Virus record (IMG/VR): IMGVR_UViG_3300045988_180880
Span: 319,950-383,949 of that record
Direction: 5' to 3' (one strand)
Origin: a virus
Length of the DNA stretch: 64,000 nt
The notes beneath the pieces are model-generated. The model was given only the letters and a program-made list of their open reading frames with translations. It had not been told where the DNA came from and made no database searches. Below, in pieces: positions 41,535 to 50,599 of the stretch. A program made the position numbers and the translations under genes. Position 1 is the first letter of the stretch. Each line of letters opens with the position of its first letter.

Positions 41535-41960
41535 ATGAACGAAGAAGTTAAAATTTATGAAGATGCTACTTGGGGTAAGTATGGAAAAGATATTATTCCT
41601 AGTAGATTTTATCAGGTCTATAAAATTGAAGGTCCTTGGTTAGGAGATGATGAAAGTACTTGGTATGAATTCGATAGCGAAAATAAGAGTGCTGCAGTTT
41701 TAGAACCTGTATATCCTAATTACGAAGTCAATAAATATGGTTTGACTGGTGATAAAGAAGTGGTTAAAGTTACTATTACTCCTAGTGAAGAACTTAAATC
41801 ACAATATCCAGATGCTTTAGTAAGTATTGATGGTAAATTCTATGATCTAGGTATTCTTAATAATCCTATTGAATTTTATATGGATAAAGATCATAAAGTT
41901 TCTATTATTTGGTCTACTGCAGAATTAGTTGAATCTTTCCGAATTATCAAAATTAAATAA
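41535..41960 (+). CDS. hypothetical protein
   Basis: 141-aa ORF followed by a strong terminator. Confidence 0.6.
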   Translation: MNEEVKIYEDATWGKYGKDIIPSRFYQVYKIEGPWLGDDESTWYEFDSENKSAAVLEPVYPNYEVNKYGLTGDKEVVKVTITPSEELKSQYPDALVSIDGKFYDLGILNNPIEFYMDKDHKVSIIWSTAELVESFRIIKIK

Positions 41961-42000
41961 CAGAAATTCTCTTCTGAAAGCTTCAAAACCTAAATTATGA

Positions 42001-42041
42001 GAATAGACTTAGAAAAATTATAAAACTAAGTCTATTCTTTT
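42001..42041 (+). terminator. rho-independent terminator
   Basis: 12-bp stem gaatagacttag/ctaagtctattc followed by tttt. Confidence 0.7.
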
Positions 42042-42071
42042 ATTATTTTATTCAATTATAAATAAATAATT

Positions 42072-43589
42072 ATGAGTAGTTTAAATTCTTTTCAAATACA
42101 AATTTCCAGAAGCAAATACATAGAACGAGATAGAAGTATAGCAAGATTAAGGTTAAATCAACATGAATTCTTAGTCGGAGAGCCTGTTATGGTTAGATAT
42201 TATTCTAACTCCGAACAAACAGAAACAGATACTATATTCGCTCTAGGTATTAAAAATGGAATAGGAGAAGACTGTTATCAAGTTGTTACACTTGGCGGAT
42301 TAGATTTAGTTCGAGATGTAGTAACTGAGCTCCCAGACGTATCTCTTCTTGTACATGGAGAACTATATCTTTACAAGGATGAAGATGGGATTTGGAATTA
42401 TGTATACGAAACTGGTGGGGTTAGACAAATAGAACCTATAACTGGTGGTCCTTTCATTTTTAGTAATATAGAAGATAAATACAGATGGTTTTATCGTGAT
42501 GGAGTATTAAAACGGGAAGACGATTTCTATACTAAGTCAGAAATTAATGAAATGATCTCTGGTTGGGATGTTAATATTCAAGATGCTCTTAAAAGTCTAG
42601 AAGAAATTAAGAAGTTAACTTATAAAAACCATTCAGCTACATTTCCATTAAGAGTTAGTTTTTATGACTCTAACAGACAAGATGATGGTACTACTCCTCT
42701 TTATCAAACAGGAATTAGAACCGCTGTTAACTTCTTAATCAGAGTAACTATTCCTGATATAGATACAAAAACTGGAGAAACAAATACATACGAAGTTACT
42801 AATGATTGTATCTTAGAGCTAAATGGCACACAAATAACTCTCCCTGAAAGTAATAGATATACAGTTTTAGGTCTTACAGATACAACAGAGTATAGATTAT
42901 CTGTTAGGTATACAGATCCAGATACAGGAATCATAAGAACTGCAACTTCATACTACACAGTTAAGTTTGGTTATAATTTCTACTATGGACAAATTCCTGA
43001 AAGTGGATGGAATATAACAGAGGCTGCTTTAAATTCTCTTGAAAATACTGTAGTCGGAAATGAAAATTCAATTGTTACTTTCCAAGGAGATCTTAATTCA
43101 CAAAAAATAGCATTTGCATATCCAAAACTATATGGAAATCTTATGAGTATTTATGATACAACTTCTGGGATGAATCATATAACTGATTATTCGATAGAAT
43201 CTTGTAAAGTAAATGATATTGATTATAATGTTTATATAAAAGATGTTGCATTGAATTATAATAATTTTCAGCAAGTTTTCTCATTCTCATTACCAACAGT
43301 CTTCGAAGGAACATCTACAGAAGATTCTAGCGTAACCGTAACTGACCTAGAAAATTTAAGACAAGAGATTTTAGGTGGAGCTAGTATAAATTACAATACT
43401 CTTGGAAAACTTGAACAAATTATTAAAGGATTGTCAATACGTGAAGGCTTTGTTGGTGGTCCTGGAATTAATTTAGTACAGCTTGAAGATGGTAGTACAG
43501 AAATTAGAGTCAATGTTGATAATTCTAGTATTGTAACTGATTCTAATATGTCTATAGCTGCTAAGAATATAAGCGGTGGAAAATATTAA
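42072..43589 (+). CDS. tail fibre / structural protein candidate
   Basis: 505-aa ORF in the late block. Confidence 0.55.
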   Translation: MSSLNSFQIQISRSKYIERDRSIARLRLNQHEFLVGEPVMVRYYSNSEQTETDTIFALGIKNGIGEDCYQVVTLGGLDLVRDVVTELPDVSLLVHGELYLYKDEDGIWNYVYETGGVRQIEPITGGPFIFSNIEDKYRWFYRDGVLKREDDFYTKSEINEMISGWDVNIQDALKSLEEIKKLTYKNHSATFPLRVSFYDSNRQDDGTTPLYQTGIRTAVNFLIRVTIPDIDTKTGETNTYEVTNDCILELNGTQITLPESNRYTVLGLTDTTEYRLSVRYTDPDTGIIRTATSYYTVKFGYNFYYGQIPESGWNITEAALNSLENTVVGNENSIVTFQGDLNSQKIAFAYPKLYGNLMSIYDTTSGMNHITDYSIESCKVNDIDYNVYIKDVALNYNNFQQVFSFSLPTVFEGTSTEDSSVTVTDLENLRQEILGGASINYNTLGKLEQIIKGLSIREGFVGGPGINLVQLEDGSTEIRVNVDNSSIVTDSNMSIAAKNISGGKY

Positions 43590-43604
43590 TAAATAAAATA
43601 AATT

Positions 43605-44639
43605 ATGGCAAATAAAATAGGTTCAAATTTTTTATTACCCGCTAAAGTATTCCTAGATAAAAGACAAGGTATAGTTAGTGGAATAGGAGAATTAGGAACA
43701 TGGGATTATGATAAATACCCTATTCCTGATGGATTTGAGGTATTTGTAGATGGAAAATGGTATACCTATTACAAGGATATAGAAAAAGATTCAATTACAG
43801 GTTTTTTTCGAATTCGAGGTGGTATTAATGTACTTCAAACCACAGGTTCATCTGAGGACGATGTTATGTCTCAAAATGCTGTAACTAATGCATTAAATGG
43901 ATTAAATGAAAGAATTCAAGATATTATACATAGCCTTGGAACAGTTCTAGAGATACGATTACTTCCAGATTATACAATTTCAGGTAACCCAACAATAAGT
44001 GGCGGTCTTTATGAAAATGGAACTAGAATACAACCTTCTTTTGCTTGGGAAGTTTGGTATAATGGGATGAAATTAAAAAGAGAAGACGTTAGTGTAAGCA
44101 TATATATAAATGGAAGTCTTTTTTCCGGAGGAATGAATAATCCTAGTGAAGATGAATACACTTGGGTATGGGTTTATAATCAAAATATTTCAAGAGATAC
44201 TGTAATTACTTTATCTGTCTTGTATGGTAATGATAGTTCATCAGATTCTATTGGATCTGTTAGTATCTCTAAAGATATTACTTATGAATTTATTAATTCT
44301 AGAATTTGGGGTAAATCTAAGACAAATGATATTAGTAAAATAGTAATTAATGGAAAAACTTACGGAAATAGAAGTTTATCCAAAGAACGTTCAATTGTTT
44401 TAGATAATGTAGATTGTAGTATAGATGATGAAGGTAATAATTATACTTCAGGATTATATGTATATTACATGATCCCTACCGAAATTTATGGAGAAGTTAA
44501 TGAAAATGAAAATCCTATAAGACTTTTAACTGGAAGTATGGAAAATAACGCTTTCTCTTGTAAATTCGGTGAAGAAGATTATTCTGTAATAGTATTTGAT
44601 TATCCTCAAACAGGAGTTTTAAATATAGAATTTAAATAA
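43605..44639 (+). CDS. hypothetical structural protein
   Basis: 344-aa ORF in the late block. Confidence 0.55.
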   Translation: MANKIGSNFLLPAKVFLDKRQGIVSGIGELGTWDYDKYPIPDGFEVFVDGKWYTYYKDIEKDSITGFFRIRGGINVLQTTGSSEDDVMSQNAVTNALNGLNERIQDIIHSLGTVLEIRLLPDYTISGNPTISGGLYENGTRIQPSFAWEVWYNGMKLKREDVSVSIYINGSLFSGGMNNPSEDEYTWVWVYNQNISRDTVITLSVLYGNDSSSDSIGSVSISKDITYEFINSRIWGKSKTNDISKIVINGKTYGNRSLSKERSIVLDNVDCSIDDEGNNYTSGLYVYYMIPTEIYGEVNENENPIRLLTGSMENNAFSCKFGEEDYSVIVFDYPQTGVLNIEFK

Positions 44640-44640
44640 T

Positions 44641-46581
44641 ATGGAAAAAAATAAAAAAGGTATAAATGTTTCAGCTCCTATAGTTCCTTATACTGATCAA
44701 GATACATATCCTACCCACGAAGCAATTTATGGAAAAGGTGGTTGGAAAAGTGTTAGAACAATAGAAGATCTTAAAGCTATTCCAAAAGGAAGACTTGAAG
44801 ATGGCTGTATAGTAAGAGTTGTGGAATCAAGTAGCTCTTCAGGATCTGCAGTTGAATTTTATTATGATAGTAGCATAAAAGATGGAGCTTCGATACCTAG
44901 TTCTATTACTGATCCAATTGAAAGGGAAGTTTATCCTTATAAGTTTAGAAAATGGGCTCCTGGATATCTTCCTACAAAATTAAGTGATCTCGAAAATGAT
45001 ATGGCTTTTATTGCAGAAGTTCATGATACTGAAGAAAATGGAGATTACACATACTTAGATCCGAATAATGCAGATGATAAAAATGCTATTGAAAAAATTC
45101 TTGTAGGTAGAGCTAGAGGTATCTATCAAGAATTAGCATTAGCATTCTTAAATAAGAACTCATCTACTACAGTTAAAGTAGATACTAATGAAGATGGTGT
45201 AGTAGATGGAAATGATAATAGTATTCCAATCCATGGTTTAGTTACTGTAGATGATACTGGGAAAATACCAAATGATCTTCTAGAATATCCTGGAAAATAT
45301 GTAGAATCTCTTGTAGCCATGTTTCCTGATGACTTCTGTGAAGATCCTTTAGACCCAGCAGCATACTTTGTATATTTAAATGGAAAACCTAGTAAAATCG
45401 ATAGTGAAGGTAAACCAGTAACTGCTGACACTCCAAACTCATTTCAATCTGAAGCTTTAAAATGGGATCATCCACAGGTAACTGAAAAGGATCAAAAGTA
45501 TTATATATCTGAATATTATAAATATAAAGAAAATAATACAGTATACAATGCTTATCGAAACAAAGTAGCTGTTGTAACTTCTAGTGATCCTAATGATTTT
45601 TCTTGGACAGCATCAGATCCAATTTGGAATGATATTATTTATGTAGATGAATTTAGAAGAACTGCATTTATTGTTAAGAATGATGGTATTATTGTAGAGA
45701 AAAGTATTGGACGTGATTTGATTCGAACTATAGAAGAATTAATGAGACCAGCTACAATCTTAGAAGTACCTACTGAATGGGATAACTGGGGAATATCTGC
45801 AAAAGTAGCTTATCAAATTCTTCTTGAAATCGATAAAATAGTTGCTTGGGGTGAAGATATATCCGAAGAGAGAAATAAAAGAAAAGAAGCAGATGAAGCA
45901 ATAAATAAGAGAATTGACGATCTTTGGGATAAACTTAATGCTCATATCCAAGACAAAAATAATCCTCATAATGTAACTCGTGAACAGCTTGGTGTTGGAG
46001 AAAGTGATGAAGTTACATTCTCTAAAGTTACAGCTAATGGATTCTTTATGTCTGTTGGATCTGCAGGAAGAATGGCCTCGGAAGGAATAATGATGAGTGA
46101 TATTTCTGCTGATGAAGAAACTCACGAGGAAGAAGTTATTAGTGCCGTTAGCGAAAAAACATCTTCGGCACAACTATTAACTTCTCGTGTAAGAATTTCC
46201 AGCAGTAGTAACCCATCACTTAGAGTAGGCCCGAGTGATGGAACATACGATTGGCAGGAAGAGCTTGAAAATGAAAGAGAAGAACGTGAAGCCGCTGATG
46301 CTGAATTAAATAAGAGAATTGATGAAGTAGAGGCAGCTATGAACGCTCACATTGCTAGAAGAGATAATCCTCACGAAACTAATCGAGGACATCTTAAGAT
46401 TGATACTACTGATGCTGTTGTATTTAGTAAAGTTAATGCTCCTAACGGTTTCTTCCAAGCTAATGGAACTCCAGCAGTATTTAAAGTAGCAACTCTCGAT
46501 CCAAAAGAAGAAAAACTTAATGAACTTGAGTCTAAGATAAAAGAACTTGAGGCTGAAATTGCAAAACTTAGAAAGGTATGA
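44641..46581 (+). CDS. tail fibre protein with duplicated NPH-motif module
   Basis: 646 aa. An internal duplication: E..NKRID(D/E)....NAHI....NPH(N/E)(V/T).R..L......D.V.FSKV.A.NGFF occurs twice. The H..NPH..T motif is common in phage tail fibres. C-terminal coiled coil. Confidence 0.6.
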   Translation: MEKNKKGINVSAPIVPYTDQDTYPTHEAIYGKGGWKSVRTIEDLKAIPKGRLEDGCIVRVVESSSSSGSAVEFYYDSSIKDGASIPSSITDPIEREVYPYKFRKWAPGYLPTKLSDLENDMAFIAEVHDTEENGDYTYLDPNNADDKNAIEKILVGRARGIYQELALAFLNKNSSTTVKVDTNEDGVVDGNDNSIPIHGLVTVDDTGKIPNDLLEYPGKYVESLVAMFPDDFCEDPLDPAAYFVYLNGKPSKIDSEGKPVTADTPNSFQSEALKWDHPQVTEKDQKYYISEYYKYKENNTVYNAYRNKVAVVTSSDPNDFSWTASDPIWNDIIYVDEFRRTAFIVKNDGIIVEKSIGRDLIRTIEELMRPATILEVPTEWDNWGISAKVAYQILLEIDKIVAWGEDISEERNKRKEADEAINKRIDDLWDKLNAHIQDKNNPHNVTREQLGVGESDEVTFSKVTANGFFMSVGSAGRMASEGIMMSDISADEETHEEEVISAVSEKTSSAQLLTSRVRISSSSNPSLRVGPSDGTYDWQEELENEREEREAADAELNKRIDEVEAAMNAHIARRDNPHETNRGHLKIDTTDAVVFSKVNAPNGFFQANGTPAVFKVATLDPKEEKLNELESKIKELEAEIAKLRKV

Positions 46582-47009
46582 TTTCAAAATTAATAAAAAA
46601 CGGAGAAGATATATTTCTGCAAACAACAACTAATGCAGTAATTGATTCTAGTAATAAAACTCTAACTACTATCATTCAAGACCTAGAGAATAATATTTCA
46701 GCACTTGAAGCAGAAAATGAAAAACTCAAGGAGACGATAGAGACATTAGAGAAAACACTTACTGATAAAATAACTGAACTAGGAACTAATCTAACTACAA
46801 AAATAGAAGAGGTAAATACTAACCTAACTACTGAAATAGGTAAGATTAATACTAGTATCACACAGATTAATGGTAAGATTACAACTCTTGAAAATAATGG
46901 AACTGACTACGAAGAAAGATTACAGATGCTTGAAAAGAAAACTCAGAGATTGGGTGAATCTGGAAACTTTAATCAACAAGTTAGCGCTCCAGGATTTTTC
47001 GAAAGATAA
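46578..47009 (+). CDS. coiled-coil fibre-associated protein
   Basis: 143 aa with heptad-like T/L/N/E repeats. Ends QQVSAPGFFER, echoing the (A/P)NGFF end of the modules in the previous protein. Confidence 0.55.
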   Translation: MISKLIKNGEDIFLQTTTNAVIDSSNKTLTTIIQDLENNISALEAENEKLKETIETLEKTLTDKITELGTNLTTKIEEVNTNLTTEIGKINTSITQINGKITTLENNGTDYEERLQMLEKKTQRLGESGNFNQQVSAPGFFER

Positions 47010-47016
47010 TATAATG

Positions 47017-47050
47017 GGGAAGAACGATTATAAGTTCTTCCCTTTATTTT
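47017..47050 (+). terminator. rho-independent terminator at the end of the late operon
   Basis: gggaagaac/gttcttccc stem followed by tttatttt. Confidence 0.7.
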
Positions 47051-47062
47051 CCTTATATATGT
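47047..47062 (+). promoter_or_regulatory. promoter-like motif (variant) abutting the start codon
   Basis: ttttccttatatatgt ends 1 nt before ATG 47064. Confidence 0.45.
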
Positions 47063-47063
47063 T

Positions 47064-47546
47064 ATGAAAGAAATTTATATAAACTCGCCATATTCGATTT
47101 GGAACGAACAAGAAATAATAATTCCCATAAAATTTCCATTCAGATCTAAAAAACATATGATGGATACTATAGGATCTCATTGGGAGGATCCAGAAAAAGT
47201 ACTTAATATTCTAGATAACAGAATTAAAAAGGGAATACTCTTCGATATGGTCTTAAAAGTTAGTAATCGAGGAGGACAATATAAGAGATTTGGAATTAAA
47301 CAATTTAGGTACTGGATATCTTTTCGACCATATATATTAAAACTTGAGGAACTTAGACTTCATGAGAAAAAGATTAAGAAAGGTAAGTATATCAAGTACC
47401 TAATTCCTAATCCTAAACAAATTTCACCATATAAGATGGATCGAAAGACTTTCTTGGAAGATTACAAATATATGAATAAATATTATGATTCTGTTTTATT
47501 TAAGTATTCTCTTCACTATGTCTTATATAACTTAAAAGCCTTATAA
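47064..47546 (+). CDS. hypothetical protein
   Basis: 160-aa ORF. Confidence 0.65.
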   Translation: MKEIYINSPYSIWNEQEIIIPIKFPFRSKKHMMDTIGSHWEDPEKVLNILDNRIKKGILFDMVLKVSNRGGQYKRFGIKQFRYWISFRPYILKLEELRLHEKKIKKGKYIKYLIPNPKQISPYKMDRKTFLEDYKYMNKYYDSVLFKYSLHYVLYNLKAL

Positions 47547-47550
47547 GTGT
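47534..47550 (+). promoter_or_regulatory. promoter-like motif (variant)
   Basis: aaaagccttataagtgt, 25 nt before ATG 47576. It overlaps the 3' end of the previous gene. Confidence 0.5.
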
Positions 47551-47575
47551 ATTATAAACTTAAAAGAAAACAGAT

Positions 47576-48037
47576 ATGGAAAAAGAAGAAATTTGTTTAC
47601 GTCTCATGGAATTAATGAGGGTAGAGACAATAAATCACAACTTGTTTTTAGCTAAGCAAGGAGATTATGAAGAAAAATCGGGGAAAATTAAAAGAGAATA
47701 TTTCTTCGAGAAATACAAAGAGTACAAAAATGGAACTTTCAATTCATTAGAGAAAACGAGGAATGACTTCAAAAAGGAGTATTTTGATAGGATAGAGGAA
47801 GTAAGAAAAAAGTACAGTGAAGATTGCATAAATTTTCAAAGAAATCACGAGATGCTTATTTGGAAAATTAAAGATCTGTTACACACTGCAAGATTTAAAT
47901 GTCCTGATGAAAATGTTATAAAGGATGTTGAAAATTTCTTAAAAACCTGTGAATTACTTAGAAAAGTAGCAGAAGAAATCAGCCTTGATCAAATTGATAG
48001 TGAAATGAAAATGGAAAAACTTAGGGAGCTTTTATAA
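47576..48037 (+). CDS. hypothetical protein
   Basis: 153-aa ORF. Confidence 0.65.
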   Translation: MEKEEICLRLMELMRVETINHNLFLAKQGDYEEKSGKIKREYFFEKYKEYKNGTFNSLEKTRNDFKKEYFDRIEEVRKKYSEDCINFQRNHEMLIWKIKDLLHTARFKCPDENVIKDVENFLKTCELLRKVAEEISLDQIDSEMKMEKLRELL

Positions 48038-48049
48038 GCTTCCTTTTTT
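48024..48049 (+). terminator. rho-independent terminator
   Basis: gggagctt/aagcttcc stem (one G-U pair) followed by tttttt. It overlaps the stop codon. Confidence 0.6.
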
Positions 48050-48057
48050 ATTCTCCT

Positions 48058-48075
48058 CAAAGCCTTATTAATGAT
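48058..48075 (+). promoter_or_regulatory. promoter-like motif with no gene before the next terminator
   Basis: caaagccttattaatgat. The next terminator hairpin starts only 24 nt downstream. Confidence 0.5.
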
Positions 48076-48098
48076 AGTTTTGTTTAAATCAAAAAATT

Positions 48099-48125
48099 CC
48101 CTGGTCTGTGAAGATCGGGGTTTTT
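48099..48125 (+). terminator. rho-independent terminator
   Basis: ccctggtc/gatcgggg stem with loop tgtgaa, followed by ttttt. The segment gtctgtgaagat is shared with the 50197 hairpin. Confidence 0.6.
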
Positions 48126-48137
48126 GTTTCATTCCTT

Positions 48138-48154
48138 GAAAGCCTTATATATGT
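48138..48154 (+). promoter_or_regulatory. promoter-like motif (consensus copy)
   Basis: gaaagccttatatatgt, 19 nt before ATG 48174. Confidence 0.6.
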
Positions 48155-48173
48155 AAAAAGAATTTAAAAGAAT

Positions 48174-48401
48174 ATGGAAAAAGAAAACAAAAAGAAAGAG
48201 AAAAATTATTGGAAATTAGCATTTATAGGAATAGGTCTAACATGTGCGGTTGTCAGTATAATTAATTCACATAGAACCCAAAAAAAGTTAGACATTGTCC
48301 GTGGAGAAAATCAAAATCTCCAAACAACAAATAAATCCCTTCTGAGACAAATTCAAAATTTAGCCTATCAGAATGGGAAATTGACACAAAAAAGAACTTA
48401 A
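48174..48401 (+). CDS. small membrane protein, hypothetical
   Basis: 75 aa with one hydrophobic helix (WKLAFIGIGLTCAVVSIINS) followed by a coiled segment. Confidence 0.65.
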   Translation: MEKENKKKEKNYWKLAFIGIGLTCAVVSIINSHRTQKKLDIVRGENQNLQTTNKSLLRQIQNLAYQNGKLTQKRT

Positions 48402-48411
48402 AAATAAGAAT

Positions 48412-48783
48412 ATGGAAGAAAGTGTTAAAAAAGAACAACGTCAGTATTGGGCGGTTAATAGAACTTTTCACAGTTCTATGTTCGAAGAAGTATTTAAAGT
48501 AGGAGGGAAAGTAATATTTTATACTATCTCTCTTGAAGAACTAAAAGAAATTAGTGAAAATACTCCAATTAACATGAGATTTTTAGGGAATGGAGTCCCT
48601 TATAAGAACGCATTAGATAAAGTTGGAGTTAAGTACAAAACAATAACAGATGATGTAGTGTTATCTCCTAGTCGTAAGGATGTACTTTACACTATTATTG
48701 GTAACACAACTGTTAAAGAAGATCAAACGGAATTTCCTGACTATACGATCATAGAAGTATATGTTTGTGAAATATGCCGTTAA
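48412..48783 (+). CDS. hypothetical protein
   Basis: 123-aa ORF. Confidence 0.65.
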   Translation: MEESVKKEQRQYWAVNRTFHSSMFEEVFKVGGKVIFYTISLEELKEISENTPINMRFLGNGVPYKNALDKVGVKYKTITDDVVLSPSRKDVLYTIIGNTTVKEDQTEFPDYTIIEVYVCEICR

Positions 48784-48810
48784 TTAAAGTAAAACAATAA
48801 AAATAAAAAA

Positions 48811-50178
48811 ATGGAAAGACTAGAAAAAAATGCTTACCAGGAAAAATTGGTAAGAGGTCTGTTAAATTCACTTAGAGAAAATAAAACTATCTCAGACGTA
48901 CATGTAAAAAACTTAATTAGCGAAGTTCATAGTGAAATTGGAAGAAGCTTGGATAAAGCTTTAATCAAGAGAAAAGCTGATGAGTTGTTATTCACATGGA
49001 TGAACAGTGAATTAAATATAGTGAAGAAAGAAATGAAAGGAAAAAGAACTCCACTTGTTATTAAGCTGAAAAATGAAGAAGCTATGAATGACGAGGAGTT
49101 TGAAATCTTCACTGAAAAAATACTTGAAAAGGTATTAGTAAAAGAATCGGGAAGAGTAAGAAAAGAGCCGGAAATAAAAGAAGAACCGGAAGAAATAACT
49201 ACTCCCTCGAAGAAAAGGAATAAAGAAGAAAAAATTAGAATAAACACCTTAGACAATATCATGGAAGCGCTAAGTTATTCTATTACATATAACAGAGGTG
49301 ACGGAGTAACTGGAAATAATGTTGCCAAGGTATTAGGTGTGAAAAGAATAAATCAAATCCAAATAAAAACTTGGGTAAATGGTTTATCAAAACATTCAAT
49401 AACGCTAAATGTATATTATGACGGAAGAAATGATAAGTTGGTATTCAGAGAAGCGGAAAAAGACTTATCTATCTGTTGTGAATTATACAGAAAGATTACA
49501 GGAAAAGAACCAAAAAGAGAATATTTAAAACTCTTAAGTGGTAAAGAAAAACCGAAAGTATTAGTAAGTAAGACTAGTTCTGCAATAGTAATGAAGGAAT
49601 CAGTCATTGATAAGAAAATGATTAAAGAAGATTCCTATGAAGATTTATATTATTACGCTGCAGGAATAATTGTTGAACATAGCTATAAAGCGGTAGATAT
49701 TGATTCATTGTGTACTAATTTGAGAAAATTAGGATATGATGTATCAAAAACTGAACTTCAAGGAATCCTAAGAAAAAGAGCTGAATTTTCTGTAGTAAGA
49801 TATGGAGCAGCAGTAGGATTAAATGAAGGAGGATGGAAAACTTGGGATGAAATCAAAGAAAAATTCAATCCCAAGAATAACATAAAATGGGTAGATTGTA
49901 GACTATCACTAACTCTGGAAGAAATAAAAAATATCTTTCCAGAAACTGAAACATTGTCTATGATAACCGAAAGAGATGGATTTTATAGAGTATATTATAA
50001 TGGATCGCTCACTGAATTAACGAAGTGGATCCAATTAGCGACAATATCCATCGGAGCAGAAAACTTAAGCAGTTATATATTTGATCAAGATTTAGTTAAG
50101 AGAATCAAGACAAGAATAAATCTGCTTAATGAATTTATGCTGAAAGAGGAATTAGGATGTAAATTAGAAACATTATAA
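48811..50178 (+). CDS. hypothetical protein
   Basis: 455-aa ORF. Confidence 0.7.
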   Translation: MERLEKNAYQEKLVRGLLNSLRENKTISDVHVKNLISEVHSEIGRSLDKALIKRKADELLFTWMNSELNIVKKEMKGKRTPLVIKLKNEEAMNDEEFEIFTEKILEKVLVKESGRVRKEPEIKEEPEEITTPSKKRNKEEKIRINTLDNIMEALSYSITYNRGDGVTGNNVAKVLGVKRINQIQIKTWVNGLSKHSITLNVYYDGRNDKLVFREAEKDLSICCELYRKITGKEPKREYLKLLSGKEKPKVLVSKTSSAIVMKESVIDKKMIKEDSYEDLYYYAAGIIVEHSYKAVDIDSLCTNLRKLGYDVSKTELQGILRKRAEFSVVRYGAAVGLNEGGWKTWDEIKEKFNPKNNIKWVDCRLSLTLEEIKNIFPETETLSMITERDGFYRVYYNGSLTELTKWIQLATISIGAENLSSYIFDQDLVKRIKTRINLLNEFMLKEELGCKLETL

Positions 50179-50196
50179 TCCCACTAATAATTGATG

Positions 50197-50235
50197 AAAA
50201 CCGAAAGTCTGTGAAGATGAGTAGGTTTTTATTTT
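50197..50235 (+). terminator. imperfect hairpin terminator
   Basis: aaaacc...ggtttt outer stem with inner gtc/gat pairs around loop tgtgaa, followed by tttttatttttt. Confidence 0.45.
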
Positions 50236-50244
50236 TTGTCCCTT

Positions 50245-50261
50245 CAAAGCCTTATTAATGT
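50245..50261 (+). promoter_or_regulatory. promoter-like motif
   Basis: caaagccttattaatgt, 92 nt before ATG 50354. Confidence 0.55.
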
Positions 50262-50353
50262 ATGGAATAATCTATAGAACTTGATATATAGTAGAGTTTT
50301 ATAGATTTTCTTTTTACAACCCTAGAAACAATAACTTAAAAAATTAAAATATT

Positions 50354-50599
50354 ATGGATTTATTTGGAAGAAATAAAAAGAAAGAAGAAACTGCCGAACT
50401 AAAAAGACAGTGTGAAAAAATCGAAGATAATATCATAAGATTATCAATGGCAATATCAGATAATCGACAAGATATTTGGGAGATTTCAGAATTGGTTAAA
50501 CAAGGAGACGCGTTAACCGAGAAAATAATTGAAAAAATTAATGAACAAGAAAAGAAAGGAGGAAAGTGGTATGAAAGAATTTTTAGAAAATTCTGGTAA
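50354..50599 (+). CDS. hypothetical coiled-coil protein
   Basis: 81-aa ORF. Confidence 0.6.
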   Translation: MDLFGRNKKKEETAELKRQCEKIEDNIIRLSMAISDNRQDIWEISELVKQGDALTEKIIEKINEQEKKGGKWYERIFRKFW

